Assembly: GCF_000008385.1 (NCBI RefSeq)
Contig: NC_006833.1
Location: 960,001 to 992,000 of the forward strand
Source: Wolbachia endosymbiont strain TRS of Brugia malayi
Lineage (GTDB): Bacteria; Pseudomonadota; Alphaproteobacteria; Rickettsiales; Anaplasmataceae
Reading direction: 5' to 3'
DNA length: 32,000 nt
The translations under genes were made by a program, and so were the position numbers. This document shows, piece by piece, positions 1 to 8,817 of this stretch (its first letter is position 1; the number at the start of each line of letters is the position of its first letter). The notes below the pieces were generated by a model. That model worked only from the letters and a program-made list of their open reading frames with translations. It did not search any database and had not been told where the DNA came from.

Positions 1-575
1 TAGATGAGAATAAGCATATATATAATGCAGTAATTAATGACTTATCTTGGAAGTACCTGTTTCTCTTTGGACCTAAAGGCTCTGGTAAAACTCACCTTGC
101 TCACATTTGGCAGTCAATAAACAATGCAATTTTTATCAATGTGAACAACTTTATAAGTGAGATTAGATATAGCAACGCTTTTATTTTAGAAGATGTACAA
201 GATATTCAAGATGAAGCAACGCTATTACACTGTTACAACTATATGAAAGAAAATAACAAGAGGTTGCTAATTACTTCCTCAACTTCACCAAAAAGACTTA
301 ATTTTAAATTGAAAGATTTAAGCTCCCGCATATTATCAACTATTAGCGCAAAAATTCCATCTGCAAGCGAGGAATTATTACGAATTATGTTAATAAAACG
401 ATTTTCAGACAAACAGTTGAAAGTTGATCTGAAAGTGATTAATTATATTTTAGCAAGAATAGAGCGTTCTTTTTGTAGCATTAATAGAATTATAGAGAAA
501 ATAGATAATGGATCTATGGGATCAAATGTTACCATTCCTTTTGTTAGCACCTTATTAAAAAGGGATACTACATAA
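1..575 (+). CDS. hda: Hda/DnaA-related AAA+ regulatory protein, 5' end cut by window edge
   Basis: The frame is open from position 3 (DENKHIYNAVINDLSWKYLFLFGPKGSGKTHLAHIWQS...). This places a Walker A GPKGSGKT upstream of the GTG at 141 used by the ORF track. Short single-domain DnaA-like protein; stop at 573-575. Confidence 0.7.
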   Translation, partial: DENKHIYNAVINDLSWKYLFLFGPKGSGKTHLAHIWQSINNAIFINVNNFISEIRYSNAFILEDVQDIQDEATLLHCYNYMKENNKRLLITSSTSPKRLNFKLKDLSSRILSTISAKIPSASEELLRIMLIKRFSDKQLKVDLKVINYILARIERSFCSINRIIEKIDNGSMGSNVTIPFVSTLLKRDTT

Positions 576-786
576 TTCCTTTTTTTTTGCAAAGCATTCT
601 TTGCATATACCAAAAATTTATTAACATCTGTGACACTGACATCATTAAAATCTCCGCTTATTTATGCCAAGAGTATAAGAATATTATATCATAATAAGTA
701 TGGACAGATATGATTAGGGAGCAGCATATTATAGTAGGACTCACTTTGTTAAGATGTTTTCTGCAGATTTGATGTTATAATTAATC

Positions 787-957
787 ATGGTAAGAGCAAG
801 ATCGAATCTAAAAAAAAGGCTAAGACGAAGGTTTATTATGCTTATCCTATTGGCAAATACTTTATTTATTTTGTATTTTTTAATAAGGAATACGGGCAAC
901 ATTTCCAATCAAATAATAGTAAAAGAAATAAATATAGGAGCTGACAATGAAAGATAA
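787..957 (+). CDS. possible 56-aa small membrane protein (below ORF-track cutoff)
   Basis: ATG 787 to TAA 955-957 translates to MVRARSNLKKRLRRRFIMLILLANTLFILYFLIRNTGNISNQIIVKEINIGADNER. It has a basic N-terminus followed by one hydrophobic helix and overlaps the xerD start by 11 nt. No family was recognised. Confidence 0.2.
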   Translation: MVRARSNLKKRLRRRFIMLILLANTLFILYFLIRNTGNISNQIIVKEINIGADNER

Positions 958-1933
958 GCAGTTACATAATAAAAAAGAAAATCTTTACATCACATATTAC
1001 ATAGATGCTTTAGTGTCAGAAAGGTCCGCTACACAAAATACTTTAGAAAGTTATCGTTCAGATTTACATCAACTTGAAGATTTTCTGCTGAAAAGTGGTA
1101 CTACTTTGGTTGGTGCAAGCAAAACTAATATTAAAGATTATGTGAAGTCTCTATGCACACAAAAAAAATACAAAAGTAGTTCTATATCAAGAAAAATATC
1201 TGCCATGAAAAATTTTTATAAGTGCCTATTTAACGATGGAATAATAGATTCTAACCCAGCTCCAGCTAACGATGACGAATTAAAAAATCCAAAGGTTTTT
1301 CGTCCTTTGCCTAAGTATCTAAGCGTTAAAGAAATGCTTTTGCTGATAGATACAGTTAGAAAATCAGCAAACGAACCGAACAAAGAGATAAATAGTAGAA
1401 GGTTATGCGCTATTTTAGACATCCTCTACTCTTCTGGCATGCGTATCTCTGAATTAATTAGCATGAAATTATGCGAAGTGTCACATTTATTAAACAGTAG
1501 TGACAAAGAATGTTATATAATAATAAAAGGAAAAAGCAGTAAAGAAAGGCAAATCCTCTTTAATGAGCAAGCATTGCAGAGCCTTAGAAATTACTTGTTA
1601 GCCCGCGATAATCTGATTTCTGATAGAAAGGAATCTGATTGGTTGTTTCCAGGTAACAAACCTAATAAGCCAATTACAAGACAGAGAATCGGTCAGTTGG
1701 TTAAGGAATTAGCGAAAAAATGCAATATTGATGAAAATAAAATCTCCCCACATGTGATTAGACACTCCTTTGCCACTCATCTACTAGATAGTGGAGCAAG
1801 CATTATGCTGATACAGAAAATTCTTGGACATACTAACCTTTCTACAACACAAATATACACTCATATTGCTAATAAAAAATTAAAGGATAAATTAGCTAAT
1901 TCACATCCTATCACTCAGATAATCAATAGTTAA
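947..1933 (+). CDS. xerD: site-specific tyrosine recombinase XerD
   Basis: 328 aa. N-terminal SAM-like core-binding region (NTLESYRSDL). C-terminal catalytic motifs HVIRHSFATHLL and LGHTNLSTTQIYTH, with an XerD-like tail (THIANKKLKDKLANSHP). AGGAG lies 6 nt upstream of the ATG. Confidence 0.85.
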   Translation: MKDKQLHNKKENLYITYYIDALVSERSATQNTLESYRSDLHQLEDFLLKSGTTLVGASKTNIKDYVKSLCTQKKYKSSSISRKISAMKNFYKCLFNDGIIDSNPAPANDDELKNPKVFRPLPKYLSVKEMLLLIDTVRKSANEPNKEINSRRLCAILDILYSSGMRISELISMKLCEVSHLLNSSDKECYIIIKGKSSKERQILFNEQALQSLRNYLLARDNLISDRKESDWLFPGNKPNKPITRQRIGQLVKELAKKCNIDENKISPHVIRHSFATHLLDSGASIMLIQKILGHTNLSTTQIYTHIANKKLKDKLANSHPITQIINS

Positions 1934-1997
1934 ACTTGTTGTTTTTAATTTATAGTAAAGTTAAATTCAAATAAAGTTCATTTGGGAACAGGCTTTT

Positions 1998-2711
1998 GTG
2001 ATTTCAAGTTTATTGTTTAACTTCTTTCTTATACTATGGGAAATGCTCTATACTTTGATTGCTCTTCCTGTAATTCTCTTTCCTACACGGGTGATAACTA
2101 TTTTTCTTGCCTGCTCAGTAAGGGTTGTATTGCTTATGCTTCGTTTACTATGTGAAATTGAATACGAAGTTAGGGGAATGGAAAATATTCCAAAATATCC
2201 CTTTGTAATTGCCTCTAAACACCAATCTCCACTTGAAACATTTATCTTTATACTTTTATTTAGAAATGCAGTTTTTATTTTAAAACGCGAACTGAAGTGG
2301 ATTCCTTTCATTGGCTTGCATCTCATGGCGCTTAGAATGATTTTTATTAACCGTTCAGATGGCATCAATGCCATGCGCCATATTATCAAGCTAGCAAGAA
2401 TGCGTATAGCAGAAAACAGAAGTATAATAATATTTCCTGAAGGTACCAGAACAGCTGCAAAGCAAAAAACAAAATATCAACCAGGTATTGCTGCTTTGTA
2501 TAGTGTATTATCTGTTCCTGTATTACCAGTCGCTTTAAATACAGGTTTGTTTTGGCCAAAGAGCATACTTTCTATGAGAAGGAATCCCGGAAAGGCAGTA
2601 ATAGAGATATTGCCTCCAATATATCATGGGTTAAACAAAAATGAGTTCTTGAAAAATTTAGAAAAAACTATTGAAGAGAGAAGTAACAAACTAACTGCAG
2701 AGAAAAACTAG
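1998..2711 (+). CDS. plsC: 1-acyl-sn-glycerol-3-phosphate acyltransferase
   Basis: 237 aa. N-terminal TM segment, an acyltransferase HX4-type block (ASKHQSPLETF) and an FPEGTR block. The GTG start at 1998 is uncertain; ATG at 2043 is an alternative. Confidence 0.8.
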   Translation: MISSLLFNFFLILWEMLYTLIALPVILFPTRVITIFLACSVRVVLLMLRLLCEIEYEVRGMENIPKYPFVIASKHQSPLETFIFILLFRNAVFILKRELKWIPFIGLHLMALRMIFINRSDGINAMRHIIKLARMRIAENRSIIIFPEGTRTAAKQKTKYQPGIAALYSVLSVPVLPVALNTGLFWPKSILSMRRNPGKAVIEILPPIYHGLNKNEFLKNLEKTIEERSNKLTAEKN

Positions 2712-2774
2712 TATTGCAAACCAGTAAGAAGATTTTATAATGAAAGAAGAGTATAGTGTTTTAGGTATTGGTAT

Positions 2775-3044
2775 ATGGTAAATCATAAGAATGTTAAGAA
2801 AATGATAAAGGCAATAGCAAAGCGCACTTTAATAAATAAAATGCGCAAAAGTAAAACTCGCACTGCTATTAGAAAATTGGTTGATATAATTAAGTCTGGC
2901 AATAAAGAAAATGTCACTCCAGCGTTTCGAAGCGCTGAGTCTAATTTACACAAGTGTGTTAGTAAAGGTGTTATCCATAAAAATACTGCTGCACGTAAAA
3001 TAAGTCGCTTGAATGCAAAAGTAAAAGCATTGATGACTGCTTAA
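2775..3044 (+). CDS. rpsT: 30S ribosomal protein S20
   Basis: 89-aa, highly basic protein with S20-like sequence (KNVKKMIKAIAKRTLINKMRKSKTRTAIRK ... HKNTAARKISRL). Confidence 0.9.
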   Translation: MVNHKNVKKMIKAIAKRTLINKMRKSKTRTAIRKLVDIIKSGNKENVTPAFRSAESNLHKCVSKGVIHKNTAARKISRLNAKVKALMTA

Positions 3045-3109
3045 CGTGATTAATGCAAAGTTAACCGTTTAATTTGTATGCTTCACACAAAACTCAAGTA
3101 GCTTAAACG

Positions 3110-4360
3110 ATGAATAAAAAAGCGTTATTGGAACTAAGCAATGGATTAAAAATTGAGTTACCCGTATTAAGCGGAACAATGGGTTATGATGTATTAAATA
3201 TTAAAGATTTATATAAGGTCACAGGGTTACTCACCTACGACCCAGGGTTTGTTTCCACGGCTTCATGTTCTTCCGCAATTACATTCATTGATGGAGATGA
3301 AGGAGTTCTTAGATATAGAGGACATGATATAGCTGATTTAGCACAAAGCAATGATTTTACTGCTGTAATTTATTTACTACTCTATGGTAAATTACCTAAT
3401 CTAGAGCAACACAAAAAATTTTTCCTAAAAATACAAGAATTATCTAAAGTACCAGAGCAGGTTGTAAATGTAATAAAAGCATTTCCAAAAACTGCTCACC
3501 CTATGTCAATTTTGATTGCGTGTTTTGCAACTTTGTCAGCACTTTACCATGAGAGATATGGTAACAATGTCAGTAATGAAAACCTAGATTTTGGAATCTC
3601 TGCAATAGCGCAGGTTCCTGCAATTATTGCAATGGTTTATAGACATACCAATGACCAGGAATTCATAGATACTGACAATGAATTGAACTATAGTAAAAGC
3701 TTCTTAAGGATGATGTTTGGTAATGCTCTTGATAACGATAAAAGCACCCTTTTTGCAAAAGCCTTGGACAAAATATTTACTCTTCATGCTGACCATGAGC
3801 AGAATGCGTCAACAGCAGCTGTCAGGGTGGTAGGATCGGCTGGTTCTAATTTATTTGCATGCCTTTCTGCAGGAGTTGCTACACTCTGGGGACCTGTGCA
3901 TGGCGGAGCTAACGAGTCAGTTATAAATATGTTAAAGGAGATAGAACAAAGCGGAAATGTAGACAAATTTATTGAAAAAGCTAAAGATGATAAAGACCCG
4001 TTTAAACTGATGGGATTTGGACATCGTGTCTATAAAAATTACGATCCACGCGCACGCATATTAAAAGATGCTTGTGATGAGATTTTAAACAAACTAGAAC
4101 AAGATAGTAAACTGCTCAAGATTGCAAAAGAACTTGAAAAAATAGCTTTAAAAGACGAGTATTTTGTTGTGCGTAAGTTATACCCAAATGTTGATTTCTA
4201 TTCAGGTATAATAATGAATGCTATCAATATTCCTCCAAGTATGTTTACACCTATTTTTGCGCTTGCAAGAACTACTGGTTGGGTTACTCAGTGGTATGAA
4301 ATGATAAATGATAAAGAAACTAAGATTTGCAGACCAAGGCAGCTTTATGTTGGTAAATAG
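3110..4360 (+). CDS. gltA: citrate synthase
   Basis: 416 aa with citrate synthase signatures: LHADHEQNASTAAVR, GPVHGGANE and GFGHRVYKNYDPRA. Confidence 0.95.
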   Translation: MNKKALLELSNGLKIELPVLSGTMGYDVLNIKDLYKVTGLLTYDPGFVSTASCSSAITFIDGDEGVLRYRGHDIADLAQSNDFTAVIYLLLYGKLPNLEQHKKFFLKIQELSKVPEQVVNVIKAFPKTAHPMSILIACFATLSALYHERYGNNVSNENLDFGISAIAQVPAIIAMVYRHTNDQEFIDTDNELNYSKSFLRMMFGNALDNDKSTLFAKALDKIFTLHADHEQNASTAAVRVVGSAGSNLFACLSAGVATLWGPVHGGANESVINMLKEIEQSGNVDKFIEKAKDDKDPFKLMGFGHRVYKNYDPRARILKDACDEILNKLEQDSKLLKIAKELEKIALKDEYFVVRKLYPNVDFYSGIIMNAINIPPSMFTPIFALARTTGWVTQWYEMINDKETKICRPRQLYVGK

Positions 4361-4654
4361 AGCCTTTATTCGCAGTAGTGGTATAACAGAAAAAACTTTA
4401 AGTAAGCACAATTATAAAATTAAAGTAGATTAAAAACGTAGCTATAGAATGACAGAAACGGTGTTTGTAAATAAACATAAAGCCCATTTTACAGGCCTTA
4501 AGAACCCTTATATGGGGATGTTTTAGACCTAAAATTTATCCTTAATCTTTATTTAAGTGACAAAAGCACATTATTAAACTAGGTGTGTTATGTTTAATTT
4601 TTCTTATATAGACACTCCATGTCTTTATAAATTTTTATCTACGTTAGCTGAATC

Positions 4655-4689
4655 TCGCTTATTAAGTAATGTAATAAGCGCCAAGTTTT
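4655..4689 (+). terminator. hairpin plus T-run in long spacer (possible intrinsic terminator)
   Basis: Perfect 9-bp inverted repeat CGCTTATTA (4655-4663) / TAATAAGCG (4671-4679) with a 7-nt loop, then TTTTT at 4685-4689. It lies about 300 nt downstream of the gltA stop. The stem is AT-rich, so the call is weak. Confidence 0.25.
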
Positions 4690-4974
4690 TGAGAGAACAG
4701 TAAACAACTCACATTGCATTGTTCTTTTTGTCTTTATTTAAGAATTAGTTCAAAAATCAACTAATCTTCTTTTTTTATAAAGAAATTATTTGAAAAACTT
4801 CTGCATTACCCTTATCGTGACGTTATGGATATTTATAATTCCAAGGTTGACTACTTACCAAGCATATAAGACATTAATGTCAAGTTCCTACAAGAGATAT
4901 CACTAGGGTTTCTTTTGCTTTTTTTCCTGCTTGGTGAGTTCCTTAAACATTTACAGCTAAAGCGATTTAAGAGA

Positions 4975-5135
4975 GAGATCACTCAAATCTGAGATCCAGA
5001 AAAAAGTAGGGTTCACTTCAGTGCGTAACGCTGGAGCCTAAAAAAACCTGGATCACAGTGTTACAAACTTGGATGACAGAAGAAGGAAGTATTGGCATGA
5101 AAGCCACCTGGTAGACTCAAACCACAACACTTGTG
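4975..5135. repeat. intergenic copy of short palindromic repeat family (WPE/RPE-like)
   Basis: Relatively GC-rich patch in an AT-rich spacer, with CACTTCAGTGCGTAACGCTGGAGCC ... CCTGGATCACAGTGTTACAAACTTGGATGACAG. It shares the TCAGTGC / CTGGATGACA arms seen inside priA, ispA and pdhC. Confidence 0.5.
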
Positions 5136-5179
5136 TAGCCGTATTAGTAAATTTAAAATTTTAGCTATATCCTTAACTA

Positions 5180-6118
5180 TTACTCAACAGTAGAGTGATG
5201 TGCTGCTATTTCTTGCTTGTCATCCAAGCTTAAGCTAATTATTGAAACACTTTCTTCGTCAAAATCTATATTTTCAATTAACATATCATCAGTAACGTTC
5301 AAAAGTTCCGGCGGAGAAATAATAGTTCTATTATTACCCTCTTTCATTCCTATAACCCCAAGCTCCATAGCAAGTGGTACTTTTTTATTGCCAACCTTAA
5401 ATTGCACTGTTTGATTCTTGATTATATATTCACCATCATGCCCCATTAAGCTATATTTAACTGATACCCTGTCACCGCACTTTACTTGTTTTCCAGTCTT
5501 GTTAATTAATTCGTTAAAAATCATCATACTATTCACTGAGTCAGGATATTTATCTTTTACTTCGATTAATTTAATATAATAAGAATTAAAATTCACTTCA
5601 TTCTTATTAGCAATATTATTTATCGTAACTACACGCTCTCCACCTTCTTTCATACCTATTACCCCTAAACCCACCTCTCTTTGGTTATCTTGACCTATTA
5701 CCAAAGTAACATCAGAAGTTTGTTTTGGAAGTGGCAGCGGTGTTGCTAAATTATCAGATATTTTATACATTTGTAATACGACTTCCTGACCGCAGAAAGC
5801 TCTACTGCCACTGCCTTCTATAATTTCATAAAAATTTATTGAACCTTTTTCTACTTTTTGCTGTATTATTTCTTTCAAATACTCTATCAGCCCATGCTTT
5901 TCAATATAGCGATCAAGCGCTGATTCAAGTATTGGCTTCACCAGATAATATGCTATCGTCTGTACCCAACTACTATGCGCAGCATCTATCTCATAAAGCT
6001 TGTCCTTCCTCTCTGGTTTACCTTTATTTATACAAACAACAACAAACACAAATGCAGAAGCTAAAGTGAAAATTATCACTATAGAAATAAGCAATTGTAG
6101 TATAATTTTTCTAGTCAT
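5180..6118 (-). CDS. membrane-anchored protein with two FKBP-type peptidyl-prolyl isomerase-like domains
   Basis: 312 aa. N-terminal TM anchor (ILQLLISIVIIFTLASAFVFVVV). Two repeats of an FKBP-like pattern (EGSG..CGQEV...GLGVIGMKEGGERVV and CGDRVSVKY...FKVGNKKVPLAMELGVIGMKEGNNRTII). The start overlaps the ispA stop by 8 nt. Confidence 0.6.
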   Translation of the reverse strand: MTRKIILQLLISIVIIFTLASAFVFVVVCINKGKPERKDKLYEIDAAHSSWVQTIAYYLVKPILESALDRYIEKHGLIEYLKEIIQQKVEKGSINFYEIIEGSGSRAFCGQEVVLQMYKISDNLATPLPLPKQTSDVTLVIGQDNQREVGLGVIGMKEGGERVVTINNIANKNEVNFNSYYIKLIEVKDKYPDSVNSMMIFNELINKTGKQVKCGDRVSVKYSLMGHDGEYIIKNQTVQFKVGNKKVPLAMELGVIGMKEGNNRTIISPPELLNVTDDMLIENIDFDEESVSIISLSLDDKQEIAAHHSTVE

Positions 6119-7028
6119 CTCTTTTTACTTGATTCAATAAATTATATAAATAATTAGTATCTCCTGAAAGCTCACCCAGATTATCCAAAGCCTGTTTAAA
6201 GAGATTATCTATATAGTTTTCTATTTCACTTTTACTAAGCATAGACATCAAATTATTCACTTCATCTTGTTTATAGTCTCTAATATCATCCTTAGCCTGA
6301 AAGATAAGCCCTAGATTCACTCCATAGTTATATAACGCTCTACGTTGCTTGTCTGTAGCACTCCCTATTATAGCACCTATTTCACATGAGGCCGCAAATA
6401 GTTTTGCGGTTTTCATCAAGTGAATTTCTTTTATTTTACTATCTGGAGTTATCTTAGCACATGACCCCAGAGTCCTGTTCTTATTACATAGCTGTCTGGT
6501 GTGCTCATTTATAACTGAACTTTCTGGATCTAAGTAGTCATGGTGCTGGATGACATGGAGCGCCGTTTTAATATCTAAAATCTGTCCCCCTACCATTCCC
6601 TTGGCTCCTATTGCTTGAGAGAGCGCTTTTATAATTTCACAGCGCTTATTGCTACCCTCATTTAATGAGGATAATATTTCAAAAGCTAAAGTAAGCAGTG
6701 CATCTCCTGCAAGTACTGCTGTTGCTTTGTCAAATCTTTTATGACAGCTTAGCTGGCCTCTGCGAGTATCGCTATTGTCCATACATGGCAAATCATCATG
6801 AATCAAAGAATAGGTATGAATACATTCAACTGCCATAGCAATCGATATTACCCTCTCAATCTCAACATTAAATACTTGTGACGAAGCTACAACTAAAAAT
6901 GGACGTATGTGTTTTGCAGGAGCAAGAAGTACATAACGTACAGCTGATATAAGCCTATTTTGACTATCTTCAGGTAAAATTTTATTTATTTCTGTAATAA
7001 GCAAATTTTTTGTTGTTTTATCTAGCAT
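6111..7028 (-). CDS. ispA: farnesyl diphosphate synthase (short-chain trans-prenyl diphosphate synthase)
   Basis: 305 aa. First Asp-rich motif LIHDDLPCMDNSDTRRG and second motif FQAKDDIRD. It carries an extra ~34 aa between GGQILDI and IHLMKTAKL (see repeat feature). Confidence 0.85.
   Translation of the reverse strand: MLDKTTKNLLITEINKILPEDSQNRLISAVRYVLLAPAKHIRPFLVVASSQVFNVEIERVISIAMAVECIHTYSLIHDDLPCMDNSDTRRGQLSCHKRFDKATAVLAGDALLTLAFEILSSLNEGSNKRCEIIKALSQAIGAKGMVGGQILDIKTALHVIQHHDYLDPESSVINEHTRQLCNKNRTLGSCAKITPDSKIKEIHLMKTAKLFAASCEIGAIIGSATDKQRRALYNYGVNLGLIFQAKDDIRDYKQDEVNNLMSMLSKSEIENYIDNLFKQALDNLGELSGDTNYLYNLLNQVKRDD
6440..6570. repeat. in-frame palindromic-repeat-derived insertion inside ispA
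   Basis: The plus strand reads CTGGATCTAAGTAGTCATGGTGCTGGATGACATGG. The coding strand reads GTCATCCAGCACCATGAC, encoding ALHVIQHHDYL. The spacing between the conserved GGQxLD and IHxxKT blocks is 48 aa versus about 14 aa in E. coli IspA as I recall it. Confidence 0.5.
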
Positions 7029-7178
7029 CTTTGAGCTTGTTAATTGCTCAGCGTATGATATTAAAGCATACCTCAGCTGAAGCGGTAAGAAACTGTCATA
7101 GCTTATCAGTCATATAAAGATATTGCAAACATAAAAATTTTCTATAATATCAAAGAATAAATTATCTTTTGGTAAAAA

Positions 7179-7445
7179 ATGAATAGTGAACTAGCAAAGA
7201 GTACTAGAGAAGATATAGAAGCAAAGATAAAAAAGATTGTATTAGAGCATATTAGCAAGGATGTAGAGAAGTTTAACAACTCCTCAAAGCTTTCAGAACA
7301 TGGCGCAGATAGTTTAGATGCAGTTGAAATAATTATGGCAGCAGAAGAAGAGTTTGGAATAGAAATCCCTGATGAGGATGCACAAAAAATGGAAACTATG
7401 GAACAAATAGTTGAGTATGTCAGTAACAAAAAAAACAATAGTTGA
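7179..7445 (+). CDS. acpP: acyl carrier protein
   Basis: 88-aa acidic protein with the phosphopantetheine attachment motif GADSLDAVEIIMAAEEEFGIEIPDEDA. fabF follows directly. Confidence 0.9.
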   Translation: MNSELAKSTREDIEAKIKKIVLEHISKDVEKFNNSSKLSEHGADSLDAVEIIMAAEEEFGIEIPDEDAQKMETMEQIVEYVSNKKNNS

Positions 7446-7451
7446 TATTAA

Positions 7452-8720
7452 ATGAGCAGAAGAGTAGTAGTTACTGGTATTGGCTTAATTACTCCACTGG
7501 CAGCAGATGTTGAAAATACTTGGCTTAAGTTAATAAATGGTAAGTCTGGTATAAAGAAAATCAGTAGATTCGATGCTTCTGACCTTAGCTGCAAAGTTGC
7601 AGGGCAAGTCCCTTTACAACATGACAACATTGAGCATTGTTTTAACCCATTGAATTACATCTCTGAGAAAGATCTAAAAAGAACAGATCGCTTTATTCAT
7701 TACGGTATTGCAGCTGCCATTCAGGCAGTAGATGATTCACTAATTTTGGAAAATCAAAGCATTAACCGAGAACGTATTGGTGTGGCCATTGGCTCTGGCA
7801 TAGGTGGTCTTCCATCAATTCAGGAAAATGTAATTATCATGCAGGAAAAGGGACCCAGACGTGTTAGTCCATTTTTTGTTCCTGCAAGCTTAATAAATTT
7901 AATATCTGGCCATGTTTCTATCAAATATGAATTTACAGGTCCAAATGATTCAGCAGTAACTGCATGTGCAACAGGTGCACACGCAATCATAAACTCAGCA
8001 AGAGCTATAAAACTTGGTGAAGCAGACGTGATGATTGCAGGTGGATCAGAAAGTGCATTGTGTAGAGTTGGAATTGCAGGTTTTGCATCTATGAAGGCAT
8101 TATCAACTAAATTTAACGATAAACCTAAAGAAGCTTCAAGACCGTGGAATGAAGGACGCGATGGATTTGTCATGGGGGAAGGAGCAGGTATATTAGTGCT
8201 AGAAGAATATGAACATGCAAAAAAAAGAGGTGCAAAAATATATGCAGAACTCACTGGATATGGGCTAACAGGAGATGCATATCATATTACAGCACCACAT
8301 TTAGAAGGAAGAGGTGCATTAAAAGCAATGCAACTCGCCTTAAAAAGTGCACAAATAAATCCAAATCAAATCGGGTATATCAATGCACATGGAACTTCAA
8401 CACCTCTTGGAGATAAAATTGAAGTAATAGCGATAAAACAATTATTCGATGACTATGCCTATAAAATACCAATTTCTTCAACTAAATCTTCTATAGGACA
8501 TTTACTTGGTGCTGCAGGAAGTGTTGAAGCAATATTTAGCATTCTTGTGTTAAACAATGGAATTGTTCCGCCAACTTTAAATTTACATAAACCTTCAGAA
8601 GGATGTGATTTAAATTTTATACCGCTTAAAGCTCAAGAGCATGAAATTCAATATGCGCTTTCCAATTCGTTTGGTTTTGGTGGTACTAATGCATCACTTG
8701 TTTTTGGAAAGTGTAGTTGA
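7452..8720 (+). CDS. fabF: 3-oxoacyl-ACP synthase II
   Basis: 422 aa. Active-site Cys in VTACATGAHAI, His motifs NAHGTSTPLGD and SSTKSSIGHLLGAAG, and C-terminal NSFGFGGTNASLVF. Confidence 0.92.
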   Translation: MSRRVVVTGIGLITPLAADVENTWLKLINGKSGIKKISRFDASDLSCKVAGQVPLQHDNIEHCFNPLNYISEKDLKRTDRFIHYGIAAAIQAVDDSLILENQSINRERIGVAIGSGIGGLPSIQENVIIMQEKGPRRVSPFFVPASLINLISGHVSIKYEFTGPNDSAVTACATGAHAIINSARAIKLGEADVMIAGGSESALCRVGIAGFASMKALSTKFNDKPKEASRPWNEGRDGFVMGEGAGILVLEEYEHAKKRGAKIYAELTGYGLTGDAYHITAPHLEGRGALKAMQLALKSAQINPNQIGYINAHGTSTPLGDKIEVIAIKQLFDDYAYKIPISSTKSSIGHLLGAAGSVEAIFSILVLNNGIVPPTLNLHKPSEGCDLNFIPLKAQEHEIQYALSNSFGFGGTNASLVFGKCS

Positions 8721-8817
8721 TTTCATATCTTGTAGAGCATAAGTTATTTTACTATTATGTGATTTGTCTTTTACTGTCGATTTACTATACTTATTCAGCA
8801 AGATCCAGTTTTATTGA

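Noticed and set aside
799-812. GATCGAATC resembling a tRNA T-loop.
   Set aside because: There is no complementary T-stem, acceptor stem or anticodon arm around it. I found no tRNA-like cloverleaf anywhere in the window.
7123-7148. TTGCAA-N14-TATAAT upstream of acpP as a sigma-70 promoter.
   Set aside because: The 14-nt spacer is too short for a canonical promoter, and TATAAT-like hexamers are abundant in this AT-rich DNA. The sequence alone does not support the call.
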